32,000 bases of DNA from Nitrosospira multiformis ATCC 25196 (GTDB lineage: Bacteria; Pseudomonadota; Gammaproteobacteria; Burkholderiales; Nitrosomonadaceae): positions 1,920,001-1,952,000 of the forward strand of contig NC_007614.1 in assembly GCF_000196355.1 (NCBI RefSeq), given 5' to 3'. The notes under the pieces were generated by a model. It was given only the letters and a program-made list of their open reading frames with translations. It was not told the DNA's origin and made no database searches. The translations under genes and the position numbers were made by a program. Shown here piece by piece: positions 8,943 through 17,320 of the stretch. Every line of letters begins with the position of its first letter. The first letter of the stretch is position 1.

Positions 8943-10148
8943 TTGGACCTGAGAACAGGACTGGAGGGAAAATTCACTGCCATTGTGAAACTGAATTTCA
9001 CATGCCAAAGGGAGAAGCAAAAAATGGAATTACTTGTGTGGTTTTTTCTCGCTCAGCAGCAAACAAACTCCAGAATTATATGCAGATGGATGGCAACCCC
9101 AATCGTGGTTGCTGTGTTTTCGACAGGGATAGGCTTGGTAGAGGCAGCCAATAAATCGCGCTTAGGGATCTCTCTAAATGGCGAGCCGGTCGATTACCTG
9201 CCCTGCGGCACAATTCCGTTAAGCACGCGAACTGCTGTATTAATGGGTGGAGGAGACGACGTCAAGGAGGCCTTCAGCTGGATGATTGCCAAGATGAGCC
9301 AATGTGGCGATGGCAATACAGGGAGGCCGGGAAATTTTGTCGTGATTGATAATGGCAGCGTCCCGCCTGACGATACTTACATCAGCATAGTCGGGCCCGT
9401 CGCCTCGGTAGTAACTCTGGTTGTTCCTGACATAGAAACAGCTAATGACCCCGCCCTCGAGCCTTACATTCGAAATGCCGGCGCAATCTGGCTAACCGGG
9501 GGCGATCAAGGGCGCTACTACAATTTCTGGAAGGACTCGTTGCTGGAACAACTGATATCAAAGCAGGTCCGGAATTTCAAGATTCCCATTGGCGGAACAA
9601 GCGCGGGAACCATGGTACTCAGCGAGTTCGCTTATGTCGCCGACCCGTGCGCGATCACTTCGTCAAAAGCCTTGACCGACCCCTACTCACAGTGCGTAGC
9701 ACTGAGACGTGATTTTTGGAGCGACAGGACGCCTTTACCCCCCCTGTTATCGACTGTCACTGATTCCCATTTCAATGCGCGCGATCGCATGGGCCGCCTG
9801 ATCACGTTCCTGGGGCACGCGATAAATAGCCAATGGACCAGTGCTGCCATTGCCCAGGCTATCGGAGTAGATGAGGAAACAGCATTATTGATGGAAATTG
9901 ATGACAATACAGACCCATCTTCTCCCGGCACCAATTTTAGTTACAAGGTCATTACAAATACAGGAGTCAGCGGGTCAGTCTATATTCTCAGCACCGATTC
10001 GCAAAGTCAGCTGAACCTTGAGCCCGACCAGCCTCTTAGCTTTACCAATGTAAAAGTGAGAAAGATAGAGACTGCGGGAAATGAGAGTGATTATATTATC
10101 GACGTCAAGGAAGGCGATTTAATATCCAGCACTGGCAGCATTTACTGA
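8943..10148 (+). CDS. Cyanophycinase-like peptidase S51 family protein, probably exported
   Basis: 'TAVLMGGGDDV', 'GAIWLTGGDQGRYYNFW' and nucleophile motif 'PIGGTSAGTMVLSE'; downstream 'DSHFNARDRMGRLITFL'. True start is probably internal (MELLVWFF or MATPIVV...). Confidence 0.85.
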   Translation: MDLRTGLEGKFTAIVKLNFTCQREKQKMELLVWFFLAQQQTNSRIICRWMATPIVVAVFSTGIGLVEAANKSRLGISLNGEPVDYLPCGTIPLSTRTAVLMGGGDDVKEAFSWMIAKMSQCGDGNTGRPGNFVVIDNGSVPPDDTYISIVGPVASVVTLVVPDIETANDPALEPYIRNAGAIWLTGGDQGRYYNFWKDSLLEQLISKQVRNFKIPIGGTSAGTMVLSEFAYVADPCAITSSKALTDPYSQCVALRRDFWSDRTPLPPLLSTVTDSHFNARDRMGRLITFLGHAINSQWTSAAIAQAIGVDEETALLMEIDDNTDPSSPGTNFSYKVITNTGVSGSVYILSTDSQSQLNLEPDQPLSFTNVKVRKIETAGNESDYIIDVKEGDLISSTGSIY

Positions 10149-10426
10149 AAAAACCAAGCAACGCACTGCACTCACGCCAACTTAAGGTGCCAGGTTTATG
10201 CATACCGCATTTTAATGCGGACATGTGGATTTCGGAAAGTACGCGAACACCTCCTCGCTACCGCTAATTGTATTTCAGGCTATCGTACCTACGAATTTCA
10301 TGCATTCAGCTCGCTTCGGCGGCTCCTTCCTGTTCCTGCTTCGGACCCGCTTTGCCTTTGGCGTTAATTTTGATCGATGAAACGCTATGCAGTTTTCTCA
10401 GCACCGAGGGTTCATTCTACCATCTG

Positions 10427-11335
10427 CTAATCGCGAGCGAACAAGGGAAGTTTCGCTCCACAATTGCGGCAAAACCTTGCGTTCTCTTCCAGGCCTGTTG
10501 TCAGGCAGACAGGGCAGGTCCGGGTGTTTGGCGGTCTTTTCATCGCGAACCGTTGAGCGGTCATTTCAGAAGTGATAATTCCGGTTGGAACAGCAAGGAT
10601 ACTCCACCCGACCAGCATGGTGACTGACGTAATGGCGCGCCCCAGATCAGTTTGAGGGGTAATATCGCCAAACCCGACGGTTGTGACCGCTGTAATGGCG
10701 AAATAGACCGATGTGGGAATACTGCTGAACGGAGAATGCGGACCTCCTTCTATTACATACAGCAGGGTGCCATTCAAAATCACCACGATCGCTACCACAG
10801 ACAGGAAAATCAGGATCTTGCGCCTGCTGGCCATGATTGCGCTGCCCAACACCGAATACTCCTCCACGTACGCGGTAAGCTTCAGAAGGCGAAACATTCG
10901 CAGCAACCGCAGTAGGCGAAGATCGACTAACGCATGCAGTTCCGGTATGAAAAAAGCAGCATATGTTGGAAGGATTGCAAGAAGATCCACTATCCCAAAA
11001 AAACTCCTGGCATATCGCAGAGGATGTTTTACGCACCACAGCCGGGCGATGTATTCGATCGTAAACGCAACAGTGAAAAACCACTCCAGAGCATTCAGGA
11101 TTCCCCCATACCGGTAGTTAATCCCGGAAACGCTATCGAGCATCACCACGACCACGCTTAGCAGAATGGCGGCGATGAGCGAAAAATCGAACCTTCGTCC
11201 AGCCCGGGTCTCGGCTTCGAAGATAATTACGAAGAGACGGTCACGAAAGCCGGATTCCGGCTTCCCGAAATACGCGGCAACATCGCTTCTTGAGATCGGT
11301 CGTGGCGCAACGTTCTCCTGTTCCTGTTTTTTCAT
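10427..11335 (-). CDS. Voltage-gated-type 6TM potassium channel with C-terminal zinc ribbon
   Basis: S4-like 'LRLLRLLRMFRLLKLTAY', selectivity filter 'TAVTTVGFGDITP', C-terminal 'CPVCLTTGLEENARFCRNCGAKLP'. Confidence 0.9.
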   Translation of the reverse strand: MKKQEQENVAPRPISRSDVAAYFGKPESGFRDRLFVIIFEAETRAGRRFDFSLIAAILLSVVVVMLDSVSGINYRYGGILNALEWFFTVAFTIEYIARLWCVKHPLRYARSFFGIVDLLAILPTYAAFFIPELHALVDLRLLRLLRMFRLLKLTAYVEEYSVLGSAIMASRRKILIFLSVVAIVVILNGTLLYVIEGGPHSPFSSIPTSVYFAITAVTTVGFGDITPQTDLGRAITSVTMLVGWSILAVPTGIITSEMTAQRFAMKRPPNTRTCPVCLTTGLEENARFCRNCGAKLPLFARD

Positions 11336-11456
11336 AAATAAGTCTTAAAGAGTAAAAGGCATTCAAGCTGTTACCGGTCTCATGTGCCTACTTCAATTTC
11401 TCTTTGTCCAATGCCCCCTTCATGGATAATGAAAAATTCAGGCATACGAGTGACCC

Positions 11457-11933
11457 ATGAATGAACATGCTGCCCACCTCGTGATTCTGGGTATATCCGG
11501 AATGATCGTAGCGATCTGTGTAATGCTCCATTATGAAGCACTGCGTTTTCTTGGCCGCACGTTGGGAGCGCATGTACATAAACGCATTGGCGTATTGCTG
11601 GTAATGATGGGGCTATTGATCGCCCATTTTCTCGAGGTGTGGGTTTTTGCCGTTGCCTACATGTTTGTGGAGCATGAGATGGGGTTTGGCCGAATCGCAG
11701 GTATCACAACCGGGGACATTTTCGATTATTTTTATTATTCATCTATCTCCTACACGACAGTCGGTTTCGGGGATTTGGTACCTGTGGGCGCGATACGAAT
11801 GCTTACCGCTGCTGAAGGACTTGCCGGTTTGTCATTGATTACCTGGTCTGCCTCATTTACCTTCCTGGCCATGCAACGCTTCTGGCCTCACGCTCTTGCG
11901 GAATCGCAAGAAAAACCAGACAGTGAAACTTAA
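11457..11933 (+). CDS. Small potassium-channel-like membrane protein
   Basis: 'YYSSISYTTVGFGDLVPVGAIRMLTAAEGLAGLSLITWSASFTFL' pore loop and flanking TMs. Confidence 0.85.
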   Translation: MNEHAAHLVILGISGMIVAICVMLHYEALRFLGRTLGAHVHKRIGVLLVMMGLLIAHFLEVWVFAVAYMFVEHEMGFGRIAGITTGDIFDYFYYSSISYTTVGFGDLVPVGAIRMLTAAEGLAGLSLITWSASFTFLAMQRFWPHALAESQEKPDSET

Positions 11934-12037
11934 AGCTCCTTGAGCTTTAAAATTGACAGTCAAAGGGTAGGTAAAGTGCTTGCCTTTGGATCCTATAATC
12001 CTCCCGGAGGAGATGACCCTACCCCAGAATCAGTACC

Positions 12038-13252
12038 GGCGCATTCAACCGGTCAGTGCAACGCTTCATTCAGTACTTGGGCGGGTGTTCTAAAATCCAA
12101 AGTTTTCCTCGGGCGAGAGTTTAGTTTTTCGGCGACCTCATTCAGTTGACACTGCGTGTATGTCGCCAAACTCGTTCCTTTTGGAAAGTATTGTCTTAGC
12201 AGGCCATTGGTATTCTCATTGGTTCCCCTTTGCCAGGGGCTGCTCGGATCGCAGAAATAGACGGCCATATTGGTGGCCATGGTAAAGCGCTTGTGTGCGG
12301 CAAGTTCCTGGCCTCTATCCCATGTCAGGCTCTTGCGCAGTTGCTCAGGAAGCATGCGCATCTGGGTTATCAAGGACTGAACAACACTTTCAGCGCGCTT
12401 GTCCTGCACTTTGCAAAGCACGGTGAATCTGGAGTATCTCTCGACCATCGTAGCAATGCCACTATTACTCGAGCCTATAAGCAGGTCTCCTTCCCAATGC
12501 CCAGGCAGGGCCCTGTCTTCCACCTGTGCAGGGCGTTCTCGAATAGAAATCGCATCGGTAATGTGTCCTCTGCCTGCAACCCGGTGGGACTTGGCGTGAC
12601 GAAACATTCTTTTGGTGCGCAAGTGCTTCTTCAGTTCCTGGCGTAGTACGCCACGAGTTTGAATGAACAGGGATTTGTAGATCGTCTCATGCGATACACA
12701 CATCGCTTTTCCGTCAGAAGAGTGTCGCTTGAGCCATCCGGTTATCTGTTCTGGCGACCAATCAGCCTCCAGCAGTCCTGTTACCACGCCTCTTAGCTCC
12801 TCATCCTGGGAAAGCAATGTAGGCTTGGGGCGTCGACTGCGCTTGAGAAAAGCTTTCTCGGCATGGCATGCCCGATATTTTTCAGGTCCGCCATTGCGGG
12901 CAATTTCTCTTGATGTCGTAGAGGCAGCCCGACCAAGTTCCTGGCTAATCCTGCGCAGGCTTTTGCAACTAGCCAATCCACGAGAAATCATTTCACGTTC
13001 CTCCAGCGACAGACAACCAGATCGACGAGATCGTTGCCTCGGCTTTATGCCTCCATGGTAGAGAAGATACGAATATACCGTCGCAGGCGGCTTTGCAATA
13101 TCTCTAGCAATTACACTCATAGCAACCCCTTGCTGCCATAACCGCCAAATACACGCTTTGCGTTCATCAGTCATGCCACCATATACGCTAGCCATTGCAC
13201 ACCTCTACAAATCAAGAATCAATAGGTGTTGCACTGACCGGTTGAATGCGCC
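12038..13252 (-). mobile_element. IS30-family insertion sequence, apparently intact, 1215 bp
   Basis: Perfect 25-bp terminal inverted repeats GGCGCATTCAACCGGTCAGTGCAAC at 12038-12062 and 13228-13252 around an intact transposase. Confidence 0.9.
12053..13195 (-). CDS. IS30-family transposase
   Basis: N-terminal HTH 'ISRGLASCKSLRRISQELGRAASTTSREIARNG', DDE domain 'GHWEGDLLIGSSNSGIATMVERYSRFTVL', 'FCDPSSPWQRGTNENTNGLLRQYFPKG'. Confidence 0.95.
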   Translation of the reverse strand: MASVYGGMTDERKACIWRLWQQGVAMSVIARDIAKPPATVYSYLLYHGGIKPRQRSRRSGCLSLEEREMISRGLASCKSLRRISQELGRAASTTSREIARNGGPEKYRACHAEKAFLKRSRRPKPTLLSQDEELRGVVTGLLEADWSPEQITGWLKRHSSDGKAMCVSHETIYKSLFIQTRGVLRQELKKHLRTKRMFRHAKSHRVAGRGHITDAISIRERPAQVEDRALPGHWEGDLLIGSSNSGIATMVERYSRFTVLCKVQDKRAESVVQSLITQMRMLPEQLRKSLTWDRGQELAAHKRFTMATNMAVYFCDPSSPWQRGTNENTNGLLRQYFPKGTSLATYTQCQLNEVAEKLNSRPRKTLDFRTPAQVLNEALH

Positions 13253-13261
13253 CCGGTCTAA

Positions 13262-13723
13262 AGTGGAAAATTCCGGCTCCGTAGGCCTGTCGGGCAAGGC
13301 GTTTTCCCTTGCCCGGCGGGCGAATTCAGCGGGCGTTGCCCACTGCAATGCAGAGTGGGGACGCATCTCATTATAGTACTGCCGCCACTCATCAATCTTG
13401 CGCCTGGCATCCTCTAAAGACAAGAACCAGTGGGCGTTGAGACACTCCTGCCGGAACCGTCCGTTGAAGCTTTCCACCCTGGCGTTGTCGGTGGGCTTGC
13501 CTGGACGGCTGAAGTCAAGTTCGATGCCACGCTCATAGGCCCATTTGTCCATGACCCTGGAGATGAATTCACTGCCATTGTCGACTTTGATAATGCTGGG
13601 CAAGCCGCGTCTGGTCGCAATGTGGTTGAGCGTCTTCACGACATCCTCTCCTTTCAGGCTCTGGCCCACCTCGATGGCTAGGCTCTCCCGCGTATAGTTG
13701 TCCACCACGGTCAGAGTGATCTG
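13262..13723 (-). pseudogene. IS3-family transposase OrfB C-terminal remnant
   Basis: 'DNGSEFISRVMDKWAYERGIELDFSRPGKPTDNARVESFNGRFRQECLNAHWFLSLEDARRKIDEWRQYYNEMRPHSAL' lacks the N-terminal half of OrfB and abuts the IS30 right end. Confidence 0.85.
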
Positions 13724-13750
13724 CTTTAGGAATTCAGGACCAGACAGAAA

Positions 13751-14197
13751 GTGAGTTTTTCGGCAAACTTGACCTTGAAAGGAGGGGTGTTTGCCATGAA
13801 GAAGAAGCGGTTTTCAATAGAACAGATCGTAGCGGTATTAAAGCAGGCGGAGCTTGGGATGCCGGTGGCGGATCTGATCCGGCAGGTGGGAATCTCGGAA
13901 CAGACGTTCTACCGTTGGAAGAAGCAGTACGCCGGGATGCAGTCGGACCAGGTGCGGGAGCTCAAGCAGTTGCAGGAAGAGAATGGGCGGCTCAAGAAGC
14001 TGGTTGCCGACTTGAGCCTGGACCGGGCGATCCTGCAGGACGTTGCATCAAAAAAGTGGCCCATGGTTACCGGCGCATCCACGTGCTTCTCAAGCGTGAA
14101 GGCTGGCAGCTGGGTAAAAACCAGATGTATCGGCTTTATAGCGAAGAGCAGCTACAGCTTCGCTCAAAGCTGCCCAGGCGCCGCAAGATGGTCGTGA
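13751..14197 (+). pseudogene. IS3-family OrfA reading into the truncated OrfB
   Basis: IS3/IS911-type HTH OrfA; reading frame continues past the OrfA/OrfB deletion junction at about 14050. Confidence 0.75.
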
Positions 14198-14742
14198 GAC
14201 GCCAGGCGAAGATCAAGCCGACCAAACCCAATGAAGCATGGAGCATGGACTTTGTGGCGGACCAACTGGCCAACGGGATGAAGTTCCGTACGCTGACGAT
14301 TGTGGATGTCTTCAGCAAGGAAGCATTGGCAATCGAAGTGGGTCAGCGTCTGCGAAGCGACCATGTGGTCGCTACGTTAAATCGACTGGCCGCGGCGGGG
14401 TCCTCCTCAATATCTTTTTGTCGATAATGGCAGCGAATTCTCGGGGCAGTTGCTCGATCTCTGGGCGTACCATCACCAGGCACGGATCGACTTCAGCCGC
14501 CCGGGAAAGCCAACGGACAATTGCCACATCGAGACGTTTAACGGATCATTCCGGGACGAGTGCCTGAACTTGCACTGGTTTGAAACGCTGGAAGAGGCCA
14601 AAGCGATCATCGAGGACTGGCGGCGGGACTACAACGAGAGTCGGCCTCACTCGACTCTCAATGACCTGTCGCCAGCCGAATTTGTACACCGGGCGGGGCT
14701 TTCAAGCTTTGCCCGGGTTTAACCAGCGCCGAAAACTAACTC
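13752..14742 (+). mobile_element. Decayed IS3-family (IS407-like) element with internal deletion and frameshift
   Basis: OrfA 'MKKKRFSIEQIVAVLKQAELGMPVADLIRQVGISEQTFYRWKKQYAGM'; OrfB runs directly from 'RAILQDVASKK' into '.VAHGYRRIHVLLKREGW', so its usual N-terminal segment is missing, then shifts frame near 14395-14425. Possible short terminal repeat TTTTCGGC at both ends. Confidence 0.8.
13915..14722 (+). pseudogene. IS3-family OrfB, deleted N-terminus and frameshifted
   Basis: 'KPNEAWSMDFVADQLANGMKFRTLTIVDVFSKEALAIEVGQRL' in one frame; 'LLDLWAYHHQARIDFSRPGKPTDNCHIETFNGSFRDECLNLHWFETLEEAKAIIEDWRRDYNESRPHSTL' in another. Confidence 0.85.
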
Positions 14743-14823
14743 TCGGAATGGCCCTGGAAACCCAAGCAGATCACAGCGCCGAAAACTAACTCTCGGAATG
14801 GCCCTGGAAACCCAAGCAGATCA
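14724..14823. repeat. Tandem direct duplication, two copies of a 50-bp unit
   Basis: 14724-14773 and 14774-14823 both read CAGCGCCGAAAACTAACTCTCGGAATGGCCCTGGAAACCCAAGCAGATCA. Confidence 0.95.
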
Positions 14824-15433
14824 CAGACGCGGAAGCTGCAATAACACATCTAAAGCAGCTTCAGGAAATACGAGACCATAAAATCCGCAAACAGCGCGAA
14901 GAGCGGGAACGAAAGGAAGCCGCAGCAAAGACACCTTCCGTCACTCTTCCCGACTTACAAGCTAAGTTTATTGCTTTATTACAAGGCGAGGTGATCGGGG
15001 CACGGCGAGGTTATGCACTAGAGGAAATATTGCAATCCCTATCAAAACTGTACGCACTTGAAGTAACCGAACCATATCGAATAAACGGAGAGCAAATAGA
15101 CGGTGCTATCAAGTATGACGGCGAGCACTACATTATTGAAGCGAAGTGGCAAGATAAAGCCTCCTCTAATGAGGCTGTTTATCAATTTGCAGGAAAAATA
15201 GAAGGTAAGATGTACGGTCGCGGGCTTTTTATTTCGATTCACGGCTTCAGTGAGAATGTCATAAACTCTCTTGTCACAGGCAAAGCCATAAAGACGGTCT
15301 TCGTCGATGGGGGGATTTAATATTGGTGCTAGAAGGGCTAATAAGCTTTTCGGAAATGATTGACAAGAAAATCAAAGCAGCTCAAACAAAGGGTTTAATT
15401 TACATTAACCCGATCACCGGAATGTCAAAATAA
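14790..15433 (+). pseudogene. Restriction-endonuclease-like (Mrr-like/PD-(D/E)XK) protein, 5'-truncated and frameshifted
   Basis: Continuous frame from 14790 to 15320: '...SVTLPDLQAKFIALLQGEVIGARRGYALEEILQSLSKLYALEVTEPYRINGEQIDGAIKYDGEHYIIEAKWQDKASSNEAVYQFAGKIEGKMYGRGLFISIHGFSENVINSLVTGKAIKTVFVDGG'. Adding one G to the G6 tract 15309-15314 restores '..DLILVLEGLISFSEMIDKKIKAAQTKGLIYINPITGMSK*' ending at 15433. Confidence 0.7.
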
Positions 15434-15661
15434 TAAAATACGTTCACCGGGCGCGCTAATGAGAGGAGTCGAACCTTCGATCTACTGAAATTAGGAATTA
15501 TCTGCTACCGGCGACAGCCAGAGGATGCCAAATTGACCAGCAGACCGAAAACAACGTCCCGTCTTTATAGTTCAATAGGGGCGTTTGGCTCAACAATTAT
15601 TCTACTACAGGGCTACTAAGACAGGAGGGGATTTAGAATTTTTCTGTAAGTCTTTGTTTTA

Positions 15662-15737
15662 TGGCTCCCCGACCAGGGCTCGAACCTGGGACCTGCGGAT
15701 TAACAGTCCGTCGCTCTACCGACTGAGCTATCGGGGA
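15662..15737 (-). tRNA. tRNA-Asn (GTT)
   Basis: Complement reads TCCCCGATAGCTCAGTCGGTAGAGCGACGGACTGTTAATCCGCAGGTCCCAGGTTCGAGCCCTGGTCGGGGAGCCA; complete cloverleaf, anticodon loop CTGTTAA, encoded CCA. Confidence 0.97.
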
Positions 15738-15938
15738 ATTGGAGAGGTGCATATACTAATAGCTTAAGCCAAGCTGGTCAATCCAGGGCAGTGAGTTATT
15801 GGGCTTGACAGGAGCCATTAAGGCTGATGGAACTGGAATGCAGTGGCCTTGTATCTCAACAAAAGAGGGAAATCGACTTGCAATTAGCGCGCCTCAGGAA
15901 GGTTATGCTAGCCCCCTAATACAGGCCACTTCTTTGCC

Positions 15939-15985
15939 CGTCCAATATTAAATTCCCGTAAAAGGAAAACGTTTAATATTGGACG
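15939..15985. repeat. 14-bp perfect inverted repeat / hairpin, 19-nt loop
   Basis: CGTCCAATATTAAA (15939-15952) ... TTTAATATTGGACG (15972-15985); the loop itself contains TTCC...GGAA. Confidence 0.9.
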
Positions 15986-16003
15986 ATCCATTTAATGAAG
16001 TAT

Positions 16004-16033
16004 CAGTTTACGCGGTGGCCTGCGCGTAAACTG
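16004..16033. repeat. 11-bp perfect inverted repeat / hairpin, 8-nt loop
   Basis: CAGTTTACGCG (16004-16014) gtggcctg CGCGTAAACTG (16023-16033). Confidence 0.9.
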
Positions 16034-16056
16034 CGCTGTGAATTTTTCTGAATTGA

Positions 16057-16194
16057 TCAATAATTTCCGTCAGAATTTTTCTCTGGCACGACAATAATTT
16101 TTTCCTTCTCTTTTTCTGCAGGACGCTCTACGGATATACAACCCGCGATTTGAGCGAGCAATAACGTCACCATAAACAGTTTTAGTATTTTCAT
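16057..16194 (-). CDS. Putative small lipoprotein (45 aa), below the ORF-track size cutoff
   Basis: Complement encodes MKILKLFMVTLLLAQIAGCISVERPAEKEKEKIIVVPEKNSDGNY*, with a hydrophobic signal and lipobox-like 'AQIAGC'. Confidence 0.6.
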   Translation of the reverse strand: MKILKLFMVTLLLAQIAGCISVERPAEKEKEKIIVVPEKNSDGNY

Positions 16195-16551
16195 AGGAAT
16201 GATCCTTTTGTAACTCGGCATGAAGTAAATGGGCCTAATTATTACAATATGCTAGAGCTGTAATCAAAACCGTTCGTTAGCACACATTATTGGCGAGCAA
16301 GTTTTCTTTGTATCCGAATGATGAGAGGTCAGCGGAAGAATATATCTACCGGGAAGATTTCTCTTGACATTTAGAATAATCCACAATTCTGCCCGAGTTC
16401 AGAGCCGAAAATTACCGTGCTGTTCGCAAGTTGCAGCAAAGCTTGACTTTATTTTAATTTATTGATAGTAAAGCCTTTTTAGAAATGTTCAAAAAATAGC
16501 CAGATAAGAAAAAGCTGTTACAGGAGGGCGACTTACTCTTCCTTTCATCAG

Positions 16552-16590
16552 CTTATCAACAAACTTATCCACAGCAATTGTGGAAAATAA
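16552..16590. promoter_or_regulatory. DnaA-box-like module, copy A
   Basis: CTTATCAACAAACTTATCCACAGCAATTGTGGAAAATAA: consensus DnaA box TTATCCACA at 16565-16573, TTATCAACA 12 bp upstream, facing TTGTGGAAAA. Confidence 0.6.
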
Positions 16591-16777
16591 AACGTCTGAT
16601 ATAACAGTGTCAGGAAATGCAAAAGGTGCTGCATACGAAGGATTCAGGCGAACACTTACGCCTCAGGAATCCTTGTCACTTTCCCTTGCTTCATCATCTA
16701 AGATTCCTGATCGAAAGACACTTCTTGAAGCCTCGTCAAGGGGTCAAACAGTATTAAACTTAAACGTCTGTCTGTTT

Positions 16778-16996
16778 CTACCGTACGGGCGTTTCATACT
16801 CCTCTTGCCGCAATGCCGCTTCCACGACTTCCTTGGCCTCCTCGATGTTCTTTACGTGTGACAGATCAATTCCCGGATTGGGATAGCTATGCCAGAAAGA
16901 AAACCCTGCGGTCGTGCTCCATAATAATCCCCTTACATGCTGTTCTACGAATACCTCCTGATGATGCTCGTCAACTATCTTCCATTCAATATCCAT
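16778..16996 (-). CDS. Small conserved-looking hypothetical protein (72 aa)
   Basis: ORF MDIEWKIVDEHHQEVFVEQHVRGLLWSTTAGFSFWHSYPNPGIDLSHVKNIEEAKEVVEAALRQEEYETPVR with upstream GAGGAG at good spacing. Confidence 0.5.
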   Translation of the reverse strand: MDIEWKIVDEHHQEVFVEQHVRGLLWSTTAGFSFWHSYPNPGIDLSHVKNIEEAKEVVEAALRQEEYETPVR

Positions 16997-17320
16997 CGTT
17001 AAGACTCCTCAGCGTCTGGAAATGTTAATATACCCCAATCAAACTCAGACTGTAGCAGTTATACTTTCATACTAATACCAATTGCTTCATTCTGCACTTG
17101 TTCTGAGTCAGTCAGCACTAATTAAGTGGATATCTGCAAGCGCTGGTTAGGCGGCAAAGCCAGAAATACTACGAGCTATGTTCGTCCCCCCAATCTCCCC
17201 CCTGTTTCATAATCCGTTGATCTATCGAGTAATGTTCAGCAGCATGCACTTCGGCAAGAAGGAGGCTTTTATGTCGATTTATATATCCTATCCTGCTCAA
17301 TCGTCAGCAAGGAAAAAACA

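Noticed and set aside
14724-14823. 50-bp repeats as a CRISPR array or IS target-site duplication
   Set aside because: Only two directly abutting copies with no spacers, and far longer than any IS3 target duplication.
15478-15510. tRNA-like fragment 'gagaggagtcgaaccttcgatctact' that could suggest an att remnant
   Set aside because: T-arm-like pattern only, with no acceptor or anticodon part and no matching integrase; too weak to call.
15585-15767. 60-aa ORF containing 'SPTRARTWDLRINSPSLYRLSYRG'
   Set aside because: It reads straight through the antisense of tRNA-Asn; this is a classic spurious ORF signature.
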